Source of the DNA: an uncultured delta proteobacterium
GTDB taxonomy: Bacteria; Desulfobacterota; RBG-13-43-22
Reading direction: 5' to 3'
Length of the DNA stretch: 64,000 nt
Assembly (NCBI GenBank): GCA_963843145.1
Contig: CAWJJC010000010.1
Location: 1-64,000 of the forward strand
A program made the translations under genes and the position numbers. Below, in pieces: positions 21,884-31,657 of this stretch (its first letter is position 1; each line of letters starts with the position of its first letter). The notes beneath the pieces are model-generated. The model was not told the DNA's origin. It was given only the letters and a program-made list of their open reading frames with translations, and made no database searches.

Positions 21884-22879
21884 CTACTCGGACGTCATCG
21901 GCCCTGCCCGGTCAGGAGTGTCATTTTCGTGTTCCTCGGAAAGGCTGCGATAACAATGGACCATTACCCCGCCCAGGGCCGGGTCACCCTGGGCCTTTTC
22001 CAGGAGTTGAGGAACGACGTCCCAAACCTGCCCCTTAGGTAAACCCCAGAAACTAATTTCCGGATCTTGCTTCAAGCGAACCGTCTCCAGGGAAGGGAAA
22101 ATGACCTTCTGAATCCGCCGGGCGTAATTCCTTTCCTCCTCCACGCAATTTAAGACCTTCGGGACACTCCGCCGGTAAGACATGATGACGATGTAGTCCG
22201 TCAGGTCCTGGATGTGTTCACTGAACCGTTTCATCTTTCCCTCGAACTCCAGCCGGTATTCATCCTTATCCCACCAAAAGGGCGTATCCACGGCGAGCCA
22301 CAAACGGGGTGCCTCTTCCCGCAAAAGGGATCGGGCCCGGCGAAGGACAGAAAGGTAATCTCTTATGATGGGATGGTGAGTCGCTTCGGAAGTCTTCCAT
22401 TCCTTCGTGCAATAGGGTTCGACATCATACTTGATACCTTTGAACAGGGCGTCCTTGGGCAAGGTCTTGCTGAAAGCAATGACGGCCCGTAATTCCCGAA
22501 GGGTCTGCTCCTGTTTTTCGGGGAAGAACATCCTGGGCTGCCCACGCAGGCTGGCAATGGTAATGTGATATTTTCCGGCGGAGGCGATGAGCTCCCGAAA
22601 GGCCTCGGCGTCTAGCAGGGTGGATTGGTCGGGATCGGAGGATATTCGGGTGTAAACATCCAGATGGCGGATATCGTGCCTTAGACAAAATCGGATGAGC
22701 CGTTGTCTCGCTTCCTGGGTCGAGAATTCTGATCGCGACCAGACCCACATCCCTATTCCTTTTCCAGGCTCGGCTTTCAGGCCTAGGGGCAGGGCCAGCA
22801 AAATGGCGGCAAAAAATAGAGACCGAATGGGTCGGATCCGCATCACCCTTTTTTCCTCCGAAGGGATTTTTCCCTTCAA
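21884..22879 (-). CDS. Secreted hypothetical protein, glycoside-hydrolase-like TIM barrel
   Basis: Signal peptide, MWVW, GIKYDVEPY, DTPFW, IMSYR, LET motifs. Confidence 0.6.
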   Translation of the reverse strand: MKGKIPSEEKRVMRIRPIRSLFFAAILLALPLGLKAEPGKGIGMWVWSRSEFSTQEARQRLIRFCLRHDIRHLDVYTRISSDPDQSTLLDAEAFRELIASAGKYHITIASLRGQPRMFFPEKQEQTLRELRAVIAFSKTLPKDALFKGIKYDVEPYCTKEWKTSEATHHPIIRDYLSVLRRARSLLREEAPRLWLAVDTPFWWDKDEYRLEFEGKMKRFSEHIQDLTDYIVIMSYRRSVPKVLNCVEEERNYARRIQKVIFPSLETVRLKQDPEISFWGLPKGQVWDVVPQLLEKAQGDPALGGVMVHCYRSLSEEHENDTPDRAGPMTSE

Positions 22880-23036
22880 TTAGTCGCCAATCGTTATTAC
22901 CGGGCAACCGTCCCTATTCTGCGCCATCCGACCGGCCAAGTCCATCCGGTCAGATGCCGAAGCCTAGAGACGCGGGTAAAAACATGATTACTCCAAAACT
23001 CCACCACAAGTCAATGAAGATTTAAGTTCCCGCACC

Positions 23037-23480
23037 GCGATCCACGGCGCCGCCACGGGTCTCGGGTTCAGCTTCACCCTCGCCTCGGACATACGAGTGA
23101 TCACTAAGGAAGCGCGCTTAGCCGCGTCGTACATCAACGTGGGTTTCGGCGGCGCGGACATGGCCTGCAGTTACTTCCTCCCGCGGTTGATCGGGGCAGG
23201 CCGCGCTTATGAATTCATGCTCACGGGCGCTTTCATGAGCTCCGAAGAAGCCCTGGGACTGGGGCCGGTGAGCCGGATCGTAGACCGCGAAAAGCTTTTT
23301 GAAACGGCGCTGGAGATTGCGAGAACGATGAATTCCAAAAACCCGATGGGCTTGCGCCTCACCAAGGAGGCCATAAACATGAATCTCGATGCCGGCGGCT
23401 TAGAGCAGGCTCTGCAAATCGAGGACCGGAACCAAACGCTGTTGTTCGCCAGAGGCCTATTAGGAAGAAATGGCACTTGA
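23037..23480 (+). pseudogene. Enoyl-CoA hydratase/isomerase C-terminal fragment
   Basis: AIHGAATGLGFSFTLASDIRV...LPRLIGAGRAYEFMLTG; N-terminus absent. Confidence 0.8.
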
Positions 23481-23499
23481 CCGGATAACTGGAAAAACA

Positions 23500-23735
23500 T
23501 CCCTTATCCCTATTCCCATTCCGCGGGCAATTTCATGCTGAACTCGATGATCTGATGCGGCTGGGCAGCGGTGCTGGTGCCTCGACCTGAGACGGATATC
23601 ATCGTCGATCTCTTCGGGAAGTACCGGCCTACCGGTATGGTCGGAGTTCCCACGATTTAGACGGGGCTTTTGAACAACAAGAAATTCTGCGCTCACGACT
23701 TTTCGGAAATAAAGCTTTTCGCAGCCGGGGCCGCC
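23500..23735 (+). pseudogene. Degraded long-chain acyl-CoA synthetase fragment
   Basis: Reads AVLVPRPETDIIVDLFGKYRPTGMVGVPTI with internal stops, followed by a GAA motif. Confidence 0.55.
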
Positions 23736-23830
23736 TGAGACGACCGCTGCCGGTTTATCAATGCCGGCGATTCGTTCCCTGAAAACCAGGCAGCCCGTGG
23801 AGCCTTGATCATCCCCCGGACAGGATGATA

Positions 23831-24268
23831 TCAATAGCCCGTGCCCGGCGGCCCGGATTGCGGATAGGGCCAGCCGTACCCCCAGCGGAAACAGGTGGGG
23901 AGCCACCAGACGCCGCCTACCCGAACCCCGGCATACATGATCTCCGCCGCAGCCGTATGACCGCGGGCGGCCACGCACCGCTCCAGCGCCCGATCCGCTT
24001 TTTGCCTCTCCCGGCGTGTTCCGCCCCGCCAGTAGGCCAGGTCGTGGAGAACGCAGCACTCCAGCCAGTCGCCGTCAAACCACAGGGAACAGCCGTCGGA
24101 GGTGAAGGCCGTGGGGGGCAGCGGTTCGGTCAAGGCCGCTTTTTTAAAGACCTCATCCGCCATCGGCTTAACGGATTCCGACATGCGGCAGCAGCCGGTC
24201 ATTAGGAGGACTGGGAGGATCAGCGTTGTTAAAATTAAGCCTTTTCGCCTGATGGTCATAAACGGCAA
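23831..24268 (-). CDS. Lipoprotein with phospholipase A2-like CCxxHDxAY motif
   Basis: Lipobox LMTGC; FTSDGCS...CCVLHDLAYWRGG...AD...GVRVGG...RWGYGW. Confidence 0.7.
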   Translation of the reverse strand: MPFMTIRRKGLILTTLILPVLLMTGCCRMSESVKPMADEVFKKAALTEPLPPTAFTSDGCSLWFDGDWLECCVLHDLAYWRGGTRRERQKADRALERCVAARGHTAAAEIMYAGVRVGGVWWLPTCFRWGYGWPYPQSGPPGTGY

Positions 24269-24559
24269 CTCTTGTCCCCCTGACTTTATTTCCCATTATA
24301 GCCCATCCCGGAAAATTTTCCAGGTTTTACCGATGGAAAATTTATTGACCTTTCGGGTTCTTTTCGTGACCATAATGGTATAAAATAAGAAAATTTTGAG
24401 AACCTTCAACAGGAGTACTCACTATGACGCTGTCACAAACAAAATCCCCCGAAGACCCGGGCCGGGAACCGGATAGCATCTCCCGGCGATATTTTCAAGA
24501 GCGGGCCGATGGATTGCGCCTCACCGGGGCCGGCCGGTTAATGAAGGCCGGAGGCTGAA

Positions 24560-25642
24560 ATGGGAGAAAACATTCCGGAAACGCTTTCACCTGAAGAATG
24601 TGCGAGCAAGATTTTTGAATTGAGCGGCGTCAAATTCGAGCCCGACATTGCCCAGGATTTATGGGGTAAAATCCTGCAGCACAAATGGCTCTTGTCGGAA
24701 AAAGTAGGTCGAGATGTCGGCTTTCGGACCGCTTGCATCGATTTCCTGGAAAACATGGAGCAAGCGGTTGACGAATATCTGACTTATAAGCAACGGGATA
24801 TCTTGAACGAATTGGGGGCCCAAACCATCGGTCGAGAAGTCTGGGATACCATCTCCGATTCCCAGCCCCCTAAACAACTGGTTCAGCGGCGGATCATCCT
24901 CCCTTTCACCCGGGAAGACCTTTCCAGAAAACACGGCGTGATCCCCCCTAAGACCATCATTTTTTTCGGACCTCCGGGTACGGGAAAGACCCATTTTGTC
25001 AAAGCCATTGCCGGGGTCCTTTCCTGGTGGTATATAGAAATTTCCCCCAGTATGCTCATGGTGGACGGCGCCGATAGAGTTGGCGCCAACCTGCGCAAAT
25101 TAATGGAAAAGGCCCGTCAACTGGAAGAGGCTATTATTTTCATCGATGAATTTGAAGAACTGGCCGGGCCTCGAGATAATGCCGATCGTCTCGAAAAATC
25201 CATCACCAATGAGTTCCTCAAACAGGTCCCCCAGTTCAAGAACGAAGCGAACAAGGTGCTGCTGATGTGCGCCACCAACTACATCCAGCAACTCGATGCG
25301 GCCCTCCTCCGCCCCGGAAGATTTGACTGTATTATTCCCGTGGGCGGACTGAACGAAGAAGAGAGAAGGGTTATCCTGGAATACTATCTGGCCCGACTGA
25401 ACAAGGGAGAGATCGATCTGACCCGGATGGTGAAAGAGACCTCCCGGTATACACCGGCCGATATTCAATACCTCTTTGAGCAGGTTGCTCAATTCGCCTT
25501 TGAACAAGAAATTGCGAGGAAGGAGGATTACCAGGTAACCACGGAAACAATTTCTCATATCATGTCAAAAATTCGGCCATCTCTGACCGATGAAATCATC
25601 AAGGAGTTCGAAAAAAATAGCATCACCTACGCCCGGGTCTAG
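24560..25642 (+). CDS. AAA ATPase with N-terminal DUF4032-like domain
   Basis: ILQHKWLLSEKVGRDVG (DUF4032-like), GPPGTGKT, IIFIDE, LDAALLRPGRFD. Confidence 0.85.
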   Translation: MGENIPETLSPEECASKIFELSGVKFEPDIAQDLWGKILQHKWLLSEKVGRDVGFRTACIDFLENMEQAVDEYLTYKQRDILNELGAQTIGREVWDTISDSQPPKQLVQRRIILPFTREDLSRKHGVIPPKTIIFFGPPGTGKTHFVKAIAGVLSWWYIEISPSMLMVDGADRVGANLRKLMEKARQLEEAIIFIDEFEELAGPRDNADRLEKSITNEFLKQVPQFKNEANKVLLMCATNYIQQLDAALLRPGRFDCIIPVGGLNEEERRVILEYYLARLNKGEIDLTRMVKETSRYTPADIQYLFEQVAQFAFEQEIARKEDYQVTTETISHIMSKIRPSLTDEIIKEFEKNSITYARV

Positions 25643-25669
25643 GGACCAGCCGTTCAAAAGGAGAAAACC

Positions 25670-26098
25670 ATGGAAACCAATGACCGCTATCGAAGAGGTT
25701 GGGAAAAACTTAAAGAAGTGGACGGAGAGGCCGGCGAGCGGGTCATCGAAAGCCTTAAGGATATCGCCCCGGATTTTGCGCGATACCTGATCGAATTTCC
25801 CTTCGGCGACATCTATTCACGACCGGGATTGGATCTGAAATCCAGAGAAATAGCCGTGGTCGCCGCCCTGACCGCCTTGGGAAATGCTGCCCCCCAGTTA
25901 AAAGTTCATATTCATGGCGCTCTAAACGTGGGCTGCACCAAGCAGGAAGTTGTGGAGGTAATAATGGAAATGGCCGTTTATGCCGGTTTTCCCGCGGCGC
26001 TGAACGGCTTGTCTGCCGCAAAAGAAGTTTTTGCTGAAAGAGGTCAAACCAAAAACGGCCTTGGCTCGAATCAGGCGAAGGGGATGAATTCCCAGTGA
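25670..26098 (+). CDS. Carboxymuconolactone decarboxylase family protein
   Basis: [37 protein letters not shown]. Confidence 0.92.
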   Translation: METNDRYRRGWEKLKEVDGEAGERVIESLKDIAPDFARYLIEFPFGDIYSRPGLDLKSREIAVVAALTALGNAAPQLKVHIHGALNVGCTKQEVVEVIMEMAVYAGFPAALNGLSAAKEVFAERGQTKNGLGSNQAKGMNSQ

Positions 26099-26272
26099 TT
26101 TATGCAGAAATAGGAGGGAAATGGGCTTTGGAGTCCCTTTTTCGTCTCAAATAATGGAAAAGTCAAAATCATTACTCTTTAAGAAGGATTTGTTATTGAA
26201 ATTTTCGCGAATATAAGGGAGATTGAACCATTCGGAAAAGGACCGGTTTCTATAAACTGAAAGGAGTCAAGC

Positions 26273-26989
26273 ATGAGCAAACATTTCGTTCTTATTCATG
26301 GTGCCTGGCACGGGGGATGGTGCTGGGAGGGAGTCATCAAGGCCCTGGAAAAAGCCGGACACACCGCCGAAGCGCCCACCTTGCCCGGGCAAAACCCGGG
26401 CGATGATCGTTCTGAGGTGACGTTTGCTTCGTACCTGGATAAGATCGTGGAAACGCTGCAACAGCAATCCCACCCTGTTGTTTTGGTGGGCCACTCCAGC
26501 GCAGGATTTCTGCTGCAATCCGCCGCACCCCTGGCCCCGGAGAAGATCGAACGGCTGATTTTTCTCAACGCCTTTATTCTCCCCGAGGGTAAATCCCAGT
26601 TTGATCTCGTCCCCCCGGAGGCGGCGCAGGGCATGACGGCGGCGGCCGGCGTTTCACCCGACAACAGCGTGCCGGTGATCGAAGAATTCGTCCGCCATAT
26701 GCTCATGGCCGGCGAGCCGGTCGAGATGCAGAATGCCTTGCTTAGTCGACTGACACCCCAACCGCTGGTCCTTTTCACGACCAAGGTAACAACCGCGGCC
26801 TTTGACCGCTTGTCCGTACCCCGCGCGGTAGTGTTCTGCAAGGGGGATGCCTCGCTTCCACCCGGCGCGTTTCTGGGCATGGCGCAAGGCCTGGGGAAAT
26901 TCGAACTGGTCGAGGTCGAGGGTGGCCACGAAGCCCTCTTTACCCAACCGGAGGTGGTGACCCAGGGATTAATCAAGGCGGCCGGTTGA
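26273..26989 (+). CDS. Alpha/beta hydrolase (esterase, SABP2/salicylate-esterase-like)
   Basis: LIHGAWHGGWCW, GHSSAG, GGHE. Confidence 0.9.
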   Translation: MSKHFVLIHGAWHGGWCWEGVIKALEKAGHTAEAPTLPGQNPGDDRSEVTFASYLDKIVETLQQQSHPVVLVGHSSAGFLLQSAAPLAPEKIERLIFLNAFILPEGKSQFDLVPPEAAQGMTAAAGVSPDNSVPVIEEFVRHMLMAGEPVEMQNALLSRLTPQPLVLFTTKVTTAAFDRLSVPRAVVFCKGDASLPPGAFLGMAQGLGKFELVEVEGGHEALFTQPEVVTQGLIKAAG

Positions 26990-27032
26990 AAGTCGGGAGG
27001 GCGCCAAATTCCCTTGGATCGAATAATGGCTG

Positions 27033-28040
27033 ATGGAGACGAAGTCTATGGATCAGGAAGGCCAAACCAAAGAACAACTCCTCTCCGATCTAAAAGCCCT
27101 GCGCCACCAGGTAGCCCAATACCAGGGGGTCGAAACGGCCTTAAAGCTAAGCGAGGAAAGATATCGGGCCATTATCGACAACATTGAAGACGGCTATTAT
27201 GAGGTAGATTTGGCGGGAAACCTGACCTTTTGCAATGATGCCCTTTGTCGGATCAACGGACTTTCGCGGGAAGAGTTGATGGGCACGAACAATCGTAACT
27301 ATACCGACGAGGAAAACGTCAAAAAAGTTTATCAGGCCTATAATACGGTTTATCGGACCGGAAAACCCGCCCGAGAAATTGAATTTGAAGTCACCCGCAG
27401 GGATGGGACCAAGAGGTATATAGAGACCTCAATATCTTTAATTCGTAATTCTTCCGGAAAACCGATCGGGTTTCGAGGAATCGCCCGCGATACCACCGAA
27501 AGAAAAAAAACGGAGGAGTTATTGCGCCGTCTTTCAACTTTGGATGGCTTAACGGGGATTCCTAATCGCCGATATTTTGATCAAATGCTGGACCAGGAAT
27601 GGAGTCGCGCCCGACGCCTCTCCGCCCACTTGGCCATCATCATGGCGGATATTGATTTTTTTAAACACTATAATGACCAATACGGACATCAAGCCGGAGA
27701 CGATTGCTTAAGGAAAGTGTCCCAGGGCCTGATCGGCTGCTTGAAACGGGCCACCGACCTGGCGGCCCGGTACGGCGGTGAAGAATTCGTATTCATACTG
27801 CCGGGGACGGACCTCAAGGGCGCCTCCAGCCTATCCGAGACACTCCGTGCCCGGGTGGAGCTTTTAGGTATTCATCATGCCGACTCCCCGGTCAGCCAAT
27901 GGGTCACCATCAGCCTGGGGGTGACCGCGGCGATCCCTTCAGCAGATTCCTCCCCTTTTGAGTTGATTCGGGCCTCAGACCAGGCCCTCTACCAGGCCAA
28001 GCGTGAAGGTCGCAATCGGGTCACCCTGGTGCAGGGATAG
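27033..28040 (+). CDS. PAS-domain diguanylate cyclase
   Basis: PAS/PAC followed by DGLTGIPNRR, DIDFFK, RxxD I-site and GGEEF. Confidence 0.93.
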   Translation: METKSMDQEGQTKEQLLSDLKALRHQVAQYQGVETALKLSEERYRAIIDNIEDGYYEVDLAGNLTFCNDALCRINGLSREELMGTNNRNYTDEENVKKVYQAYNTVYRTGKPAREIEFEVTRRDGTKRYIETSISLIRNSSGKPIGFRGIARDTTERKKTEELLRRLSTLDGLTGIPNRRYFDQMLDQEWSRARRLSAHLAIIMADIDFFKHYNDQYGHQAGDDCLRKVSQGLIGCLKRATDLAARYGGEEFVFILPGTDLKGASSLSETLRARVELLGIHHADSPVSQWVTISLGVTAAIPSADSSPFELIRASDQALYQAKREGRNRVTLVQG

Positions 28041-28170
28041 GGCAAGGGATCGGCATCGGGGTTGATCGGAAAGACACCGAAAAGATCTTCGAACCCTTTA
28101 CGCAAAAGGTGGGGAACTTGACGGCGTCCAGATCCTCAAAATGGAAAAATTAGTCAATAAATAGTTCCTC

Positions 28171-30240
28171 ATGCCGGAAAGCCCTCTAATCGGAGATCGG
28201 ACCGTTTCCACCCTCTGCCGGATGTGCGAACAGGGCTGCGGTCTGGAGGTGTCGCTGGGTCCGGATGGGCGGCCGGTGCGGGTCCAAGGGGATAAGCATC
28301 ATCCCTACAGCCGGGGTTGGCTGTGCGTCAAAGGACTGGCGGCTTTGGACTTCCTTTACTCCCCCCGGCGACTGTCCGCGCCCCTCATTCGCGGGAAGGA
28401 CGGACTCCACCGAAAGGCCTCTTGGGAGAAAGCCCTCTCCTTTTCGGCCCGTGAACTGTTGCGCCTTCGGGAAACCTATGGTCCCCAGAGCCTGGCCATC
28501 TACCACGGCGAGGGGGTGGGGCACCAGGAGATCAAGTCCTACATGAAACGGTTTGCCAACGTGTACGGCACGCCGAACTTCATGGGGGTCGGGTCTCTGT
28601 GCAACGCCGCCCGGACCATGGCGGACACCCTGACGCTGGGTCAGGTCACCCGCCCCGATATCCCCAACACCCGATTCCTGATGGTCTGGGGCGGCAATCC
28701 CCTGGTTTCCAATGAACCGACCTCGCCGCTGGAAATGCGTAAACTGGCCCGCCGGAACGCCGCGCTGGCTGTGGTGGACCCGCGTCGGACCCCGACCGCC
28801 GGCCTGGCCGACTACCACCTGGCCTTGCGTCCCGGGACGGATGGGATCCTGGCGGCCAATCTGCTCCAGGTGATCCTGCGGCAGGACCTCTGGGACCACC
28901 CCTTCACCGAGGCCTGGATAAAAGAGTTTTCCGCGCTGGAGGAAGCCGCGGACGATCGTTTCTCACCGGAGGCCGGAGAGCGCGAAACCGGCGTACCCGC
29001 GGACCTAGTCCGCCGGGTCGCCGTGGCCTATGCCTCGACCAAACCCGCCTGTCTGCTGGTCGGCAACGGCCTGGAGCATCACGGACAGGGGATCGACACC
29101 ATGCGCCTGCTGGCCCTTTTGAAAGCCCTAACCGGCAATCTGGACGTGCCGGGCGGAGACCTTTTTTCCTCCGGGCCCAAGCTCCGGGATATTACGGCTC
29201 CTCTCCCTCCGTCCACAGTTCCGCCCCTGGGGGCGGACACTTTTCCCCTGTTCTGCCGCCTGCGGCAGGAGGCCCACGCCCTAGCCTTACCGGAGGCAAT
29301 TCTGGAAGGACGCCCCTACCCGATCCGAGGCCTGATCATCGCCGGGGGTAATCCTTCCCTGGAGTGGCCGAACAGCCGGAGGGTTCGGGCGGCCCTCGAG
29401 AAGCTGGAGTTCCTGCTGGTTATCGACGTGGTCGATTCCCCGGATACCCGCACCGCCCGGGTCATCCTGCCCGCCTGCACCTTTCTGGAACGAGACGAGC
29501 ACCGGGTGCCTTTGTACCACAACCAGCAACTCGTCCTGCTTCGAAAAAAAGTGTTCGAACCGCTGCACGGACTTCCGGATCAGACGATCTGGATAAGGCT
29601 GGCCCAGGCCATGGGTTTTGGAGAACACTTCCCTTGGGCCGGTCCCCGGGACGGCATCGACCACATCCTGGGCGACCTCGGCCTCACCTACCAGACCCTG
29701 GCGGAATACGAAGGCGGATTTGAATATGCGGCGCGGCGCTTTCGCAAGTATGAGGCCGGCGGCTTCAGGACACCCAGCGGCAAAGTGGAGGTTGAGCCGG
29801 AAGGTATTCGACAATTTGGTTATACCCTTTCTCCCCTCCCGCCACTAAGGTCGGAAGAGTCCTCCCGGGAGACCGACTACCCCCTGCTGCTCAGCACCGG
29901 CGCCAACCTGCTACCATTCCTGCACTGGCAGTACCGCTATCTTCCCCGTCTTCGCCGCTTGGCCCCGGAACCGCGGGTCGAGATTCACCCCGACACCGCC
30001 CGGCAGTACGGTTTGGCCGATGGGGACCTGGCGGAGGTGGAAACAGCGGTTGGCCGCATCCGTTTGAAAGCGGGGCTCACGGCCGGCATTCAACCGGACA
30101 CCATCCACATCCCCCAGGGATGGGAGGAGGCCAATGCCAATGAGCTTACCGGAGCGGAAGCCCCTGACCCGGTCTCCGGATTTCCAAACTTGAAGTCCAA
30201 CCGCTGCAGGATCAGGAAGGTCAACGCTCCCCGGGAGTGA
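28171..30240 (+). CDS. Molybdopterin (Mo/W-bis-PGD) oxidoreductase catalytic subunit, cytoplasmic
   Basis: CRMCEQGC..C [4Fe-4S] motif, WGGNP, VVDPRRT, GFRTPSGKVE, EIHPDTA; no Tat signal. Confidence 0.9.
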   Translation: MPESPLIGDRTVSTLCRMCEQGCGLEVSLGPDGRPVRVQGDKHHPYSRGWLCVKGLAALDFLYSPRRLSAPLIRGKDGLHRKASWEKALSFSARELLRLRETYGPQSLAIYHGEGVGHQEIKSYMKRFANVYGTPNFMGVGSLCNAARTMADTLTLGQVTRPDIPNTRFLMVWGGNPLVSNEPTSPLEMRKLARRNAALAVVDPRRTPTAGLADYHLALRPGTDGILAANLLQVILRQDLWDHPFTEAWIKEFSALEEAADDRFSPEAGERETGVPADLVRRVAVAYASTKPACLLVGNGLEHHGQGIDTMRLLALLKALTGNLDVPGGDLFSSGPKLRDITAPLPPSTVPPLGADTFPLFCRLRQEAHALALPEAILEGRPYPIRGLIIAGGNPSLEWPNSRRVRAALEKLEFLLVIDVVDSPDTRTARVILPACTFLERDEHRVPLYHNQQLVLLRKKVFEPLHGLPDQTIWIRLAQAMGFGEHFPWAGPRDGIDHILGDLGLTYQTLAEYEGGFEYAARRFRKYEAGGFRTPSGKVEVEPEGIRQFGYTLSPLPPLRSEESSRETDYPLLLSTGANLLPFLHWQYRYLPRLRRLAPEPRVEIHPDTARQYGLADGDLAEVETAVGRIRLKAGLTAGIQPDTIHIPQGWEEANANELTGAEAPDPVSGFPNLKSNRCRIRKVNAPRE

Positions 30241-30299
30241 GTGGTTAGACTGAAGAGTAAAGAGATCTTTGCAGATCTACATTTTCTAAGTGGGGAATT

Positions 30300-30485
30300 A
30301 GTGTCTTGTTCTTCACCAAGGCTCTTAAGGACATAAAACTGAGCATTGCTTATCCCGTATTTTCCGGAGGATGCATATTCTTCATGGCCCTATTCTCCTA
30401 TGCAATTTTCGGTGAAAAACTAAGCGTGATGAACCTGGTTGGCGCCGTGGTCATTGTATTGGGTATCGCTTTAATGTCCAATTGA
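30300..30485 (+). pseudogene. EamA/DMT transporter C-terminal remnant
   Basis: Ends GEKLSVMNLVGAVVIVLGIALMSN-stop; upstream part broken. Confidence 0.45.
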
Positions 30486-30647
30486 GGATTGTTCGGAAAA
30501 AAATTAGAAGTGCACCGGCCGCTGTGAAAATAGACTATGAAAGTGGGTTTTCGACAAAATTCATAAGCGGATCTTTCTTTTCGCCAGGCAACTCGGCAGC
30601 GCGAGTCCTTGTTCGCTCGCAGACCTTGTGTCCTCTCCACCCCAAAA

Positions 30648-31655
30648 CTAATAACTGCCGGAACCCTTCACTTTGCCGCCGAAGACCTTGTAGGTGTACG
30701 AGGTGTAGAAAATGATCACCGGCAGCAGGACGGCGGTGACGATCAGCATGAAGCGCAGGGTCTGGGGAGAGGCCGCCACTTCGGTTACGGTGACCGGAGA
30801 GATCACATTGGGGATCATCTGGGGGTAGAGGCTGACCGAAACCCCGCTGAAGGAAAAGAGGACCAGGGCGGCATTCCAGAAGAGTGGGGCCTTCTCCCGC
30901 CGCTTCACCAGGCTGCGGAAAAGCATCAGGAAGGCCCCGGCCGCCAGGAGGGGAAAAAAGGCGACCACGTAAAGGTCCGGCACCGAGGACCACTTCCGGG
31001 CCATATGGGGGTAGAGGCGGATAAGCCACAGGTAGACGCCGCCCGAAACGAAAAGGGTGGCCAGGGAGGAAAAAAGGGCCAAATGCCGGCTGCGATCCTG
31101 CAGGGCCCCTTCGGTTTTCAGAATCAGGTAGTGGGCCCCCAGCATCACGTACCCCAGAAGGACCCCCAGAGCCACCAGGGCCGAAAAAGGATTCCACCAA
31201 TCCCATACCGAACCGACAAACCGGTTCTGGCTCAGACGCACTCCGCTGAGCAGGCCTCCCAGGGCCAAGCCCTGAGCCAGAGTGGTGATCAGGCTCCCCA
31301 GGCCGAACAGGAACTCCCAGGTGCCCGGTCTTTCCGAGTGTTCCCGGAAATCGAAGGCCACCCCCCTAAAAACAAACCCCAGCAGCATGACCATGGAGGG
31401 TAGGTAGAGGGCCGAGAAAAAAACGCCGAAGAAGAGGGGGAAGGCCCCGAACAGCATCCCGCCCAGGACCACCAGCCAGGTCTGGTTCAGGTGCCAGACA
31501 CCGCTGATGCTGTCCATCATCAGACCCCGCTCCCCCCCGCCTCGGGCCGCCAGGGAAATGATTCCCACCCCCAGGTCGAACCCGTCGGTCAGGGCATAGA
31601 CCAAAAGCAAAAAACCGATGATCATCAACCAGATATCGGGCAGGTAGATTTCCAT
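30648..31655 (-). CDS. cydB: Cytochrome bd ubiquinol oxidase subunit II
   Basis: DGFDLGVG, WLVVLGG.LFGAFP, FRGVAFDFR, YTYKVF. Confidence 0.95.
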   Translation of the reverse strand: MEIYLPDIWLMIIGFLLLVYALTDGFDLGVGIISLAARGGGERGLMMDSISGVWHLNQTWLVVLGGMLFGAFPLFFGVFFSALYLPSMVMLLGFVFRGVAFDFREHSERPGTWEFLFGLGSLITTLAQGLALGGLLSGVRLSQNRFVGSVWDWWNPFSALVALGVLLGYVMLGAHYLILKTEGALQDRSRHLALFSSLATLFVSGGVYLWLIRLYPHMARKWSSVPDLYVVAFFPLLAAGAFLMLFRSLVKRREKAPLFWNAALVLFSFSGVSVSLYPQMIPNVISPVTVTEVAASPQTLRFMLIVTAVLLPVIIFYTSYTYKVFGGKVKGSGSY

Positions 31656-31657
31656 TT

